Below the pieces are notes generated by a model, which was not told where the DNA came from, made no database searches, and worked only from the letters and a program-made list of their open reading frames with translations. The position numbers and the translations under genes are program-made. A stretch of DNA of 64,000 nt from a bacterium. GTDB lineage: Bacteria; Patescibacteriota; Dojkabacteria; JAKAPS01. Below, one piece after another: positions 50,143 through 59,534 of the stretch. The stretch is taken from NCBI GenBank assembly GCA_021806925.1, contig JAKAPS010000004.1:1586-65585 (forward strand). Reading direction: 5' to 3'. The stretch's first letter is position 1; each line of letters starts with the position of its first letter.

Positions 50143-51001
50143 ACATACTCAAAATTATATCAGGAATATATTTATCCTTTTTTCCAAATGTTACAAGTAA
50201 CATCCCCTTACCTTTTACTATTTTTTCTGGTACCACAATGCTATCTTCAAGACATGAAAAATCAACTGACTTATATTTACCGTCAATCACAACTGTTTCT
50301 CCAAGAAACGGATATATTGATTTTGACCCTTCGTCCCATGAATGTATATCAAGCCTTCCTGCAATATTACCAATCTTTTCGGAAGATCTAGCCCAAATAT
50401 ATGTTCCCTCCAGTTTAATACTCTTCTTTATAGCTCTTTCAACAAAATTATATGATATTTTTGATAATTGTTCATTATGCACAAGAAGTGAATAATAGTC
50501 AGAATATATTGACACTGAAAAAGCTTGATTTAATATTGTTGAGAATACAGAATTTCCTAAAACATAATCCCCTGTTACAACAATATTTTTTGATCTTATT
50601 AATATATCCTTTAAGATATAGCTTAAGGCGACAGATAAGTAATTACTTTTCTGAGGAAACAACATGCTGTTATATATTCCATCAATAGTAGTTTTATCCA
50701 TTGGAATACCTCTAAATATTTCAAATTTCTGAAATGGGATAATTTGAGTGCTTATGCCATCAATACAAACTACCTGTTTTGAATCAATATATATCAATGT
50801 GAAATCTTTATTAAAAAATGAGGATAAATAATATCTACCCATTTCTAATTCAGCAACATTGATAACAGTATTCCATGAATTGATGTTATTACTTATTGTT
50901 GGATAATAGTGAAAGTTTCTTTTTATATTTATTAGATTTAAGTCATTATCATAATAAAGAATTGAATCAAAAAATCTATTCTTTAAAACGACATTACGCA
51001 T
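50129..51001 (-). CDS. hypothetical protein
   Basis: 290-aa ORF. Confidence 0.35.
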   Translation of the reverse strand: MRNVVLKNRFFDSILYYDNDLNLINIKRNFHYYPTISNNINSWNTVINVAELEMGRYYLSSFFNKDFTLIYIDSKQVVCIDGISTQIIPFQKFEIFRGIPMDKTTIDGIYNSMLFPQKSNYLSVALSYILKDILIRSKNIVVTGDYVLGNSVFSTILNQAFSVSIYSDYYSLLVHNEQLSKISYNFVERAIKKSIKLEGTYIWARSSEKIGNIAGRLDIHSWDEGSKSIYPFLGETVVIDGKYKSVDFSCLEDSIVVPEKIVKGKGMLLVTFGKKDKYIPDIILSMYEKI

Positions 51002-51062
51002 ATGTACAGTATACCAAAGAAAATGTATTTATGTAAAAAATAGCTATAAAAATAATGAGTTA

Positions 51063-51299
51063 TTACCTGATCTCAAAAGCAATTAAAGACATTATTCTTG
51101 CACGTTTTATACTCAGCATCAACAATCTCTGATGCTTCCTACAGGTTCCAGTTTTCTCCCTTGAAAGAATCTTTCCTCTTCTTGTCATGAAACGAGCAAG
51201 AAGAAATAGATCCTTGTAATCAGGAACTAAACTATCACGACAAACTTGGCATTTTAAATTTTTCTGTATTCTTGATTTTTTCTTTTTTTGAATTTTCAT
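51063..51299 (-). CDS. rpsR: 30S ribosomal protein S18
   Basis: [52 protein letters not shown]. Confidence 0.9.
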   Translation of the reverse strand: MKIQKKKKSRIQKNLKCQVCRDSLVPDYKDLFLLARFMTRRGKILSREKTGTCRKHQRLLMLSIKRARIMSLIAFEIR

Positions 51300-51311
51300 A
51301 TTAACGTAAAT

Positions 51312-51761
51312 TTAAAATGGAAGATCGTCTACATCTTCAATAATTGCATCAGCATCACTTAATGGAACTTGTGAATCATCAGGAATTTCATCAGCATATG
51401 AACCTGATGCATCACCTGATACTTTACCACCTGAAAGTAGAAGCATATCTGTTATTTTTATTTCGGTTCTATTTTTTGTTTCGCCATTTGCATCAGTATA
51501 CTGCCTGTATTTGATTGAACCTGTTACATATACCTTTGATCCCTTTTTCAAAATTTGCCCACAGATTTCTGCCAATTTATTCCAAGCAACAATATTATGA
51601 AATTCTGTACTTTGAACAGTCTCACTTTGTGCATTTTTCCATGCACTATTTGTTGCTAAACCGAAAGTAGCTACAGCTGCACCATTTGGTGTATATTTTA
51701 ATTGAGGGTCTCTTGTAAGATTACCAACTAATATAACCTGATTTATTGATCTTGTTGCCAT
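51312..51761 (-). CDS. ssb: single-stranded DNA-binding protein
   Basis: OB-fold N-terminus INQVILVGNLTRDPQLKYTPNGAAVATFGLATN. The acidic tail ends in DDLPF. Confidence 0.95.
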   Translation of the reverse strand: MATRSINQVILVGNLTRDPQLKYTPNGAAVATFGLATNSAWKNAQSETVQSTEFHNIVAWNKLAEICGQILKKGSKVYVTGSIKYRQYTDANGETKNRTEIKITDMLLLSGGKVSGDASGSYADEIPDDSQVPLSDADAIIEDVDDLPF

Positions 51762-51766
51762 TGTTT

Positions 51767-52162
51767 TTAATTGTTATTTATTAATGCTTCTTCATCACCT
51801 TTAAAAGTGACTTGATCGGCTGAATTTCCTTTAATGGAGGTCTTATTTTTATTGTTTTTATTATTGTTTTTGCTATTTTCTTCCTTAAGAATAATATATC
51901 TCAAAACATGTTCATCTAACATCATACGTCTCTTTAAAAGGGAAACTTTATCTGCATCAATTGAGAAATTTAGAACAAAATAGAAAGCCTCTGAGAATTT
52001 CTTTATCTTATATGCCAATGCTCTTTTCCCCCACATTGACTCTGAAATAACCTCTCCAGCTAGTTCATTTATTATGTAAGATTTTGTACCTTCTATCAAT
52101 TTCCTCCTTTGGTCTGCTGTAATATTTGCTTGAACAGCAACCATCATTTCATAAATCTTCAT
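51767..52162 (-). CDS. rpsF: 30S ribosomal protein S6
   Basis: MKIYEMMVAVQANITADQ... The internal Met is the likely start, whereas the track starts at 52207. rpsF-ssb-rpsR synteny is present. Confidence 0.85.
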   Translation of the reverse strand: MKIYEMMVAVQANITADQRRKLIEGTKSYIINELAGEVISESMWGKRALAYKIKKFSEAFYFVLNFSIDADKVSLLKRRMMLDEHVLRYIILKEENSKNNNKNNKNKTSIKGNSADQVTFKGDEEALINNN

Positions 52163-52367
52163 ACTTTTCCTACAGATGAAGATATCATAAATATTTAGTA
52201 AATGCAAGAGATAAGAATTATTTTAGAGTAATTAACTTTATACACATCTAAACTTACTGTAAATTTACAATTTATACTTACATATGTTTTATAGAATAAA
52301 CACAAAAAAAACATAAATAATTCACCCTTATATAATATACCCCTGTGTCTGTCTGTACTAGCCATAT

Positions 52368-53489
52368 TTATCCATGCTTTACAAGCACAATGTCACCATC
52401 ATTAACAACATAGTCTTTACCTTCAGACCTTACCAGTCCTTTCTCACGTGCCTTTTCAAAACCGCCTGCACTTATATAGTTTTCAAAGCTTACCACATCT
52501 AATTTTATAAATTTTTCCTCAAAATCAGTATGTATTACTCCTGAAGCTTTTGGAGCCTTCGTCCCTTTCTTTATTGTCCATGACCTTACTTCATCTAAAC
52601 CTTCAGTGAAAAATGATATAAGACCAAGTGAAGAATATACCTTGTGCACTAAGTTTGTAACTAAAGATTCTTTCATGCCATATAAACTCAACAACTCTTC
52701 TTTCTCTTTAATTGATGTAATACTGTTTAAGGAATTTTCGAACGATGCTGATATCTTTATATATTCATAAGGAAAATCAATTTTTAAATTATCATCAACC
52801 ATTCCCTTCTCATCCACATTAAGTATGTATATTCTTGGTTTTATGCATAATAGATTGAATTCCCTAACTAACTCTAAATCCTCTTCAGAAAGAACAGGAT
52901 CACTTGAAAGGGTTTCGATTTGTGACTTAATGTACTTTAATATATCAAGTTTTTTTTCTAACTCAGCAGATTTCTCAGTTTTCAGCCGCTTTTCAAGCTT
53001 TTGCATAAATCCATCAATATGCTCAAGATCTTTCAGGTATATTTCACATTTTAGAATTTCAAGATCTCTAACTGGGTTATTTACACTATTAACTAGACTT
53101 CCATTACCAGTATCATTATCTGCAACGCTGGTAACTGAATCGTCATTGAAGTATCTTAAAACGAAACATAATTCATCAACCTCTGCTATATTACCTAAAA
53201 ATTTATTACCTAATCCCGCACCAGTAGAAGCTCCTTTTACTAACCCTGCAATATCTCTAAATTCAATCATTGATTGAACTATCTTCTTTGTTCCAACCCC
53301 ATTATTCCCCTTCTTTATAACTTCGTTTATATCTTCAAGTCTCTTGTCAGTTACAAATAGAATTGCTGTATTTGGCTCTATTGTACAAAATGGATAATTC
53401 TCGGCAGGAACTCCAGCACCTGTTAGTGCATTAAATAAAGTTGATTTACCGGCATTAGGAAGACCTACAAATCCAGCACTTAACGACAT
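52368..53489 (-). CDS. ychF: ribosome-binding ATPase YchF (Obg-like GTPase family) with a TGS domain
   Basis: G1 GLPNAGKSTLFNALT...FCTIEPN and the C-terminal TGS segment VIHTDFEEKFIKLDVV. Confidence 0.9.
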   Translation of the reverse strand: MSLSAGFVGLPNAGKSTLFNALTGAGVPAENYPFCTIEPNTAILFVTDKRLEDINEVIKKGNNGVGTKKIVQSMIEFRDIAGLVKGASTGAGLGNKFLGNIAEVDELCFVLRYFNDDSVTSVADNDTGNGSLVNSVNNPVRDLEILKCEIYLKDLEHIDGFMQKLEKRLKTEKSAELEKKLDILKYIKSQIETLSSDPVLSEEDLELVREFNLLCIKPRIYILNVDEKGMVDDNLKIDFPYEYIKISASFENSLNSITSIKEKEELLSLYGMKESLVTNLVHKVYSSLGLISFFTEGLDEVRSWTIKKGTKAPKASGVIHTDFEEKFIKLDVVSFENYISAGGFEKAREKGLVRSEGKDYVVNDGDIVLVKHG

Positions 53490-53613
53490 AAACTTACCTT
53501 TCTAATAAGATAAATATATTGTTTAAAAAGATTATACTTCACAAAAAGCTATATATTATTGCTAATATATACCATATTTATTTAACTTATACAAATAACT
53601 TCTACAAAAAAAG

Positions 53614-55110
53614 TTACTTTATTAATAATATATTTTCGTCCTTTATGAAGTCATTTACAGAATTAAGTTTATCCTCACTTGTAGAGTATATGCTGAAAGC
53701 AACATCTCCTTTATTTATGCTATCCCCTACATTCTTATAAAAATATATTCCTGCATCCTTATCATGAGGGCAACCAAGGGATAATGCTATCTGAATAGCT
53801 TTTTTATTATCTATTCCTACGATGCTTCCACTTGCACCTGAATGTATATCTATATATTTTGATTCAATAGAAATATCGCTCGAAGAAATACTTTCTGATC
53901 CTCCTTGCATTTTGCATATTCTTCTGAATTTTTGTAAAGCATTTAGACTTGTTAGAGTGTCCTTTGCCAATGAATAGCCGTTTTCAATACCTTTCACAGT
54001 GTTTATAAGTTGAGCTGCTACATTTAGAGACTCCTCTTCAAGCTGCATTGATCTTTTATCTGATTGCTCTAGAACATAAAGAGCTTCACGAATCTCAAGT
54101 TTTGCTCCTATTCCATTCCCGTCAATCCCCTTTGGCTCCCTTATATATGTATGTACTTTTATACCAAGTAACTCCCCTATTCTAACAAATCTATCACTTA
54201 TTTTCCTAGCATCATCAATATTCTTGACCTTTAAAGATTCCCCGCATGGAATATCTATTAACAAGGTATCAATACCTAATGCTACTTTTTTTGATAGTAT
54301 ACTAACAATATATTCACTATCATCTTCAACTCCTATTTGACTTACTATATGCATTATTTCATCGTCAAGAGGAACTATTCCTATACCGCCTATCCAAGCT
54401 AAGAATCCATTTTCATCATCTAAAAATTTCTGTAGTTTATCACCGCTATGGAATATTGACATTACTGATTCAAGAATATCACTGGTTCCTGCTGGAGTTG
54501 TTAGTGATCTTGATGATGTATTTGGCAGAGACATATCCAAACATGCACATATTGAAACTAGAATAGGAGTAATACCCTTACCTGCTACACCGCCTATTGA
54601 ATGTTTATCAACTATCGGAAATTTGCTAGTAAATTTATACCTCTTCCCAGTAGAAACCATTCCTTTGATGAAATAGACAATTTCATCATCACTAAATGTT
54701 GAATTGAAGAATGTTGAAACAAAAAACGTTTTTTCAACTTCATTCAATTTTTGATTCATAAAATCAGAAATTATACTTGTTATTTCATTTTCTGTTAAAT
54801 GACCCCCCTTAAGCTTTCTTCCAATAGCATTAACTGATTCAAGTGGAAGGTATGTATGGACATCAATACTATTCCCATCAATTAGTCCATATTTTTTAAT
54901 CATATTCAAAGGGAAAAAAAATCTGCTATTATCTGCATTTTTCATATCATCGATCTCAACTATTGAACCGAACTGTTCGCCTTTATATGAAAAAATTACT
55001 CCTCCTCCCTTTACTACACCTAATTTATCAGCTAATTCATTTGAAATATATACTCTGTTTATATTTTCTTCATCAATATCAATAACACCAACTATATATT
55101 TACTTACCAT
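53614..55110 (-). CDS. AMP phosphorylase / thymidine phosphorylase family (DeoA homologue) with a roughly 85-aa N-terminal extension
   Basis: DKHSIGGVAGKGITP matches the KHSTGGVGDK phosphate-binding motif. The 498-aa length and N-terminal extension fit archaeal/CPR-type AMP phosphorylase rather than the 440-aa bacterial thymidine phosphorylase. Confidence 0.65.
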   Translation of the reverse strand: MVSKYIVGVIDIDEENINRVYISNELADKLGVVKGGGVIFSYKGEQFGSIVEIDDMKNADNSRFFFPLNMIKKYGLIDGNSIDVHTYLPLESVNAIGRKLKGGHLTENEITSIISDFMNQKLNEVEKTFFVSTFFNSTFSDDEIVYFIKGMVSTGKRYKFTSKFPIVDKHSIGGVAGKGITPILVSICACLDMSLPNTSSRSLTTPAGTSDILESVMSIFHSGDKLQKFLDDENGFLAWIGGIGIVPLDDEIMHIVSQIGVEDDSEYIVSILSKKVALGIDTLLIDIPCGESLKVKNIDDARKISDRFVRIGELLGIKVHTYIREPKGIDGNGIGAKLEIREALYVLEQSDKRSMQLEEESLNVAAQLINTVKGIENGYSLAKDTLTSLNALQKFRRICKMQGGSESISSSDISIESKYIDIHSGASGSIVGIDNKKAIQIALSLGCPHDKDAGIYFYKNVGDSINKGDVAFSIYSTSEDKLNSVNDFIKDENILLIK

Positions 55111-56495
55111 AATTCATGAACTGTATTAAAATACGGTACTTCAACCTCATCAGCCATACCTTTCTCTTTTAAAGTTTCTGCAAATTGAAGTGATATGTCT
55201 TCATCACCATGCGTTACATATACTCTCTTGCCTATTTTACCGCCTTCCGCAGTACTCACCCAATTTAGTAAATCGTCTCTATCTCCATGAGCGCTAAATG
55301 ACCCCATTGTCCTTATTTCAGCATTGACTTTGACCTCTTCTCCGTATATAACCACGGATTTAGCTCCATCTTTAATCTCTCTACCTAGTGTTCCATTAGC
55401 TTGAAACCCTGGAAATATAACAGTATTCTTGGATAATGGCAGGTTCTTCTTCAAATATCCTAGTATCCTTCCGCCTGTACACATTCCAGATCCTGCAAGA
55501 ACAATATATGATTTTTTACTATCATGCTGTCCTTTCAGGGTATTTTTTGAAGCAATTTTCTTAGATTTTTGAGACATATTTACATATCTAAGATTATCTA
55601 CAAAGAATGGATTCTGCCCAGCTTCAAATATCTTCCTTGCATCTTCTCCAAACTCTTTAGGAAATTTCACAAAGACTTTAGTAACCTTACTTGCCATAGG
55701 AGAATCTAAATATATTGGTACATTTGGAATTCTATTTGCAATCTTCAATTTTCTTAATGTGTACAACAATTCCTGTGCTCTTTCAATTGAAAATGTCGGC
55801 ATTATTATATTTCCACCTCTTGATACAGTTTGTTTTATTGTATCAACAAATTCATTTTCACTTTCTTCTCTAGCCATATGTAAACTATTACCGTAGGTTG
55901 ATTCAATAACAAGGAAATCAACTTTTTTTGATATAGGGGTTATAAACTGAGATATACTTTGCCATTTACTTCCAACATCTCCAGAAAATATTACAGTCTT
56001 ATCTTCGATATCCATCACAATATATCCAGCACCTAATATATGCCCTGTATTCCTCAAAGAAAAATGAAAATCTTTCTCAAGCTCAATTACCTCACCAAAC
56101 TCAATTGTTTTACATTTTGAAAGAGATTCTACAACATCAGCGCTATTGTAAATTATTTTCTTCCCTGCGTTTATATTATCCTCCTTTTGTATTTTTGCAC
56201 TATCAAATGCAGTTATTTCAAAAATATCTTTACTAGGAGGTGTTAAATATATATTACCGCTAAACCCATGTTTAATAAGCTTTGGAATCAATCCGCAGTG
56301 GTCAAGATGAGAGTGCGTTAATATGAAGGTATTTATTTCTTTTGGATCAAAGAGAAAATCATCATAATTTCTATGCTCTAAATCCTCTTCTTGATAAGAA
56401 CCGCAATCAACCATTACCTTAAATCCATTATGGTCCAATATATAGCTACTTCCAGTAACTTCTCTATTAGCACCTAAAAATCTTATACTTGTCAT
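55104..56495 (-). CDS. beta-CASP family MBL-fold ribonuclease (CPSF73/Ysh1-like)
   Basis: ILTHSHLDHCG (HxHxDH), a beta-CASP insert and C-terminal SFSAHGD and VTHGDED motifs. Confidence 0.75.
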   Translation of the reverse strand: MTSIRFLGANREVTGSSYILDHNGFKVMVDCGSYQEEDLEHRNYDDFLFDPKEINTFILTHSHLDHCGLIPKLIKHGFSGNIYLTPPSKDIFEITAFDSAKIQKEDNINAGKKIIYNSADVVESLSKCKTIEFGEVIELEKDFHFSLRNTGHILGAGYIVMDIEDKTVIFSGDVGSKWQSISQFITPISKKVDFLVIESTYGNSLHMAREESENEFVDTIKQTVSRGGNIIMPTFSIERAQELLYTLRKLKIANRIPNVPIYLDSPMASKVTKVFVKFPKEFGEDARKIFEAGQNPFFVDNLRYVNMSQKSKKIASKNTLKGQHDSKKSYIVLAGSGMCTGGRILGYLKKNLPLSKNTVIFPGFQANGTLGREIKDGAKSVVIYGEEVKVNAEIRTMGSFSAHGDRDDLLNWVSTAEGGKIGKRVYVTHGDEDISLQFAETLKEKGMADEVEVPYFNTVHELW

Positions 56496-56731
56496 AAATT
56501 CATTTTACACTATACCATAAAAATATATAAGGGAGAAGATAATTTGTATTGTAGCTTGCAATTATTAATAAAACACATAAAAGAATCTATTTTCAATACA
56601 GAAATATTTGAAATATTAGTAATATAATATCTTTCCATTTTGAAATTTCCATTTTCACAATATGTGAATTAGTAACTATTTCTAATTCACCACATCTCTT
56701 TTAACAAACTATTCTAATATATATTGGAAAC

Positions 56732-56774
56732 AAAAATACTTGACACAAAACTTGACAGAAGGCTTGACAGAAAT
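56732..56774 (+). repeat. 41-bp element with three TTGACA hexamers at 12-bp spacing (acTTGACAcaaaacTTGACAgaaggcTTGACAg). It lies upstream of fic and is copy 1 of a direct repeat pair.
   Basis: Read directly. It also provides a -35 box for fic. Confidence 0.8.
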
Positions 56775-56791
56775 ATATACTGACAATACAA

Positions 56792-57805
56792 ATGTTTTTA
56801 CCTAAATATGAATATACAAACACAATTATATCCAACACGAATACAATAGAAAGACTTTATGGACAATTGGAAAGTATACATATTCCAAAGAATTTAATGC
56901 TCAATCTTCAAAATGAGAATATAATCACATCAACATATTCATCAAACAAAATTGAAGGCAATCCGTTAACCCATTTGGAAGTAACAAATTTGTTATTAGG
57001 TGAAAGAGTCCCAGTAAACAGAGCAGAAAAAGAAATAACTAATTATTTCGATATTTTGAAAAGTATCAACAAAAGTATTGATAAAGAGATTAATATTCAA
57101 CTTATGCTTGAATTTCATAATAAGTTGTTAACAGGTATAAATGATGAGATAAAAGGTAAGATAAGAAATGTCGAAGTTGTTGTTGGGAGATTTGATGAGA
57201 ATTCTCAATTAATAGCAAGACATATACCTCCATTCTCTACAAGAGATAAAATATCAGAGACACTTAATGACTTGTTTTCATGGGTCAATACAGAAAATGA
57301 TATTGTTAAAGTACTAAAAATCGGTATATTTCATCATCAATTTGAATATATACATCCTTTTGAAGATGGCAATGGTAGAATAGGTAGATTACTTTCATCA
57401 TTGCTTTTCCTAAAATACAATTACGCAATAAACAAGTATTTCATACTTGATGACTATTATGATATTGATAAGATTGAATATTCAAATAAATTACATTCTG
57501 CAGATTTTGGTGATGAGACTAAATGGCTTGAATACTTCACAAATGGTATAATTTATTCACTACAATCATCAATAGATAAATTAAATAAAGGATTATCAAA
57601 GTTATCAATTTCATTAAGACCAACAAAGAAGGAAGAAGAAGTTTTGCATCTTATTCAAAAGTACCATGAAATAACTTCACAAAATATATCATCAGAAATG
57701 GGAATTTCAAGACAACAAGCATTCAATCTTCTTAAATCTCTTACAGAGAAAGGATATATTGAAAGAAGAAATAAATCTAAGAATACATATTATGTCCTCT
57801 TATAG
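56792..57805 (+). CDS. fic: Fic-family protein (adenylyltransferase-type fold) with an N-terminal inhibitory SxxxEG motif and a C-terminal winged HTH
   Basis: HPFEDGNGRIGR is the HPFx(D/E)GNGR motif. SSNKIEGN matches (S/T)xxxE(G/N). The C-terminal segment LHLIQKYHEITSQNISSEMGISRQQAFNLLKSLTEKGYI is a wHTH. Confidence 0.9.
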   Translation: MFLPKYEYTNTIISNTNTIERLYGQLESIHIPKNLMLNLQNENIITSTYSSNKIEGNPLTHLEVTNLLLGERVPVNRAEKEITNYFDILKSINKSIDKEINIQLMLEFHNKLLTGINDEIKGKIRNVEVVVGRFDENSQLIARHIPPFSTRDKISETLNDLFSWVNTENDIVKVLKIGIFHHQFEYIHPFEDGNGRIGRLLSSLLFLKYNYAINKYFILDDYYDIDKIEYSNKLHSADFGDETKWLEYFTNGIIYSLQSSIDKLNKGLSKLSISLRPTKKEEEVLHLIQKYHEITSQNISSEMGISRQQAFNLLKSLTEKGYIERRNKSKNTYYVLL

Positions 57806-57879
57806 CGAAGTTAAAAAGTTGCATAATATATACTACCCTAACATATATAAACTCTAATCATGTTATTTATTAATGTATT

Positions 57880-57921
57880 AAAAATACTTGACACAAAACT
57901 TGACAGAAAGCTTGACAAAAG
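57880..57921 (+). repeat. second copy of the triple-TTGACA 41-bp element (39/41 identical), 75 bp downstream of fic
   Basis: Read directly. Confidence 0.8.
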
Positions 57922-57932
57922 ATTGCTATAAA

Positions 57933-59276
57933 TCACACTTGTCTTACCTTTGATTTTGAGCATACTAATTTAATTAGTTCTTCTCTTGTATTTAATTCCG
58001 GATCTTCTAGAACCTTAGATAGAAGCGTTTCAAGTTCCTCCCCTATTTCCTTTCCACTATAGCCAAGCTGTTTTAAGTCGTCTCCATTAATTGCAAGATC
58101 TTTTCTTGTTAATACATTACTCTTTCTTTTTACTTCTTCTATTCTTTTCTTAAATGATAAAAGATTATCATATGTTGTATTAAGAGGGTTTGACTTTATA
58201 TCTGCTTCTCTTAGTAGAAATAGCTCATTCAGGAAATCCTCTGATGGTATTTTTGAAAGAAATCTTCTTACACTAGAATCCTTCCAATCCTCAGAATAAT
58301 TGAACATATGCATCTTTATTAAAAGGATTATTTTCAAAATATCCTTTTTAGGGAATTTCAATCTCTTTAATATATCTTTAGCCATATCGCTTCCAACTAT
58401 CTCATGTGAATAGAAATGCTCCCCCTCTTTGGTTCTTGGTTTACCAATATCATGAAGTAGAGATACAAGCCTTACATCTTTTTGCGCCTTATCACACGAA
58501 TGTATAAGGTGCATATATACAGTTTCTGTATGGAATTTGTTCTGTTCAATATGAATTCCCTCAAGAAGTTCAGGCATAATTACCTCCAATATACCTGACT
58601 CCCTTAATAACTCAATTCCATAACTTGGAATTGGTGAATCGTTCAATATTTTTATAAGTTCATCCCTTATTCTTTCTACTGAGATTTTTAATATATCCTT
58701 TGCAAAATATTTTATTGCATCAAATGTATCACTATCAATTGAAAATTCAAGAATAGAAGCAAAACGTACTGCTCTCATACTTCTTAAATAGTCCTCAAGC
58801 ATTCTTTCCTTTGGGTTACCAGTTGCCTTAACTAACTTCTTTTGTATATCATCTACACCTCCATAGAGATCTATAACCTTATCCAAGTTATTTTTAACAT
58901 ATTCCTCAATAGTTTTGTAATTGCCAAAATCATCCCCAATTTCAAGTGCCATTGAATTTATTGTAAAATCTCTACGCTTCAAATCATCATATATATTGTC
59001 TGAATATGAAACATCATCGGGGTGTCTTGAATCTGAATAAACCCTATCGGATCTAAAGGTAGTTATTTGAATATTATCTACGACAATCGTACCAAACTTT
59101 GCCCCAACATCATTTGCTTTAGGGAATATTTCCATCAACTCATCTGGATGAGCTGAAGTAGCTAAATCAATATCATGAGTAGCTCTTCCTATTATTGAAT
59201 CTCTAATATATCCGCCTACAACATACAAACTAAATCCGTTTTGTTTGAGAGCAGAGATAATATTGTCCATCTTCAA
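57933..59276 (-). CDS. cca: CCA-adding tRNA nucleotidyltransferase (PolyA_pol head plus HD domain)
   Basis: GGYIRDSIIGRATHDIDLA nucleotidyltransferase head and HD domain LLHDIGKP. Both tRNAs in the window lack an encoded CCA, which is consistent with this call. Confidence 0.8.
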   Translation of the reverse strand: MKMDNIISALKQNGFSLYVVGGYIRDSIIGRATHDIDLATSAHPDELMEIFPKANDVGAKFGTIVVDNIQITTFRSDRVYSDSRHPDDVSYSDNIYDDLKRRDFTINSMALEIGDDFGNYKTIEEYVKNNLDKVIDLYGGVDDIQKKLVKATGNPKERMLEDYLRSMRAVRFASILEFSIDSDTFDAIKYFAKDILKISVERIRDELIKILNDSPIPSYGIELLRESGILEVIMPELLEGIHIEQNKFHTETVYMHLIHSCDKAQKDVRLVSLLHDIGKPRTKEGEHFYSHEIVGSDMAKDILKRLKFPKKDILKIILLIKMHMFNYSEDWKDSSVRRFLSKIPSEDFLNELFLLREADIKSNPLNTTYDNLLSFKKRIEEVKRKSNVLTRKDLAINGDDLKQLGYSGKEIGEELETLLSKVLEDPELNTREELIKLVCSKSKVRQV

Positions 59277-59314
59277 TTCCTAGTATATTATACAACAATT
59301 TATATACAAACATT

Positions 59315-59390
59315 AATTTATTTAAGAATATAGCAACTTCTGTTATTTTTCATATCAATTACCTCAAATCCTTTTTCGATTGATAACTTA
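59315..59390. repeat. 76-bp exact copy of the cysS 3' end plus 15 bp of its downstream flank. It is the left direct repeat bracketing the ATPase cassette.
   Basis: Identical to 60836-60911. A further 13-bp match (ttaaagagtaatc) follows after a short indel. Confidence 0.85.
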
Positions 59391-59534
59391 AAGAGTAATC
59401 TTAAAAAAGAGACTACTTTGAAATATATTCAGAAAATAGGAATTTGAGTAATCAGATGCAGATATCACTTCATTTAATCGACAAATTGTAATATACACTT
59501 GACAAATTAACCCCTTATTTTGTAAAGTATACCT

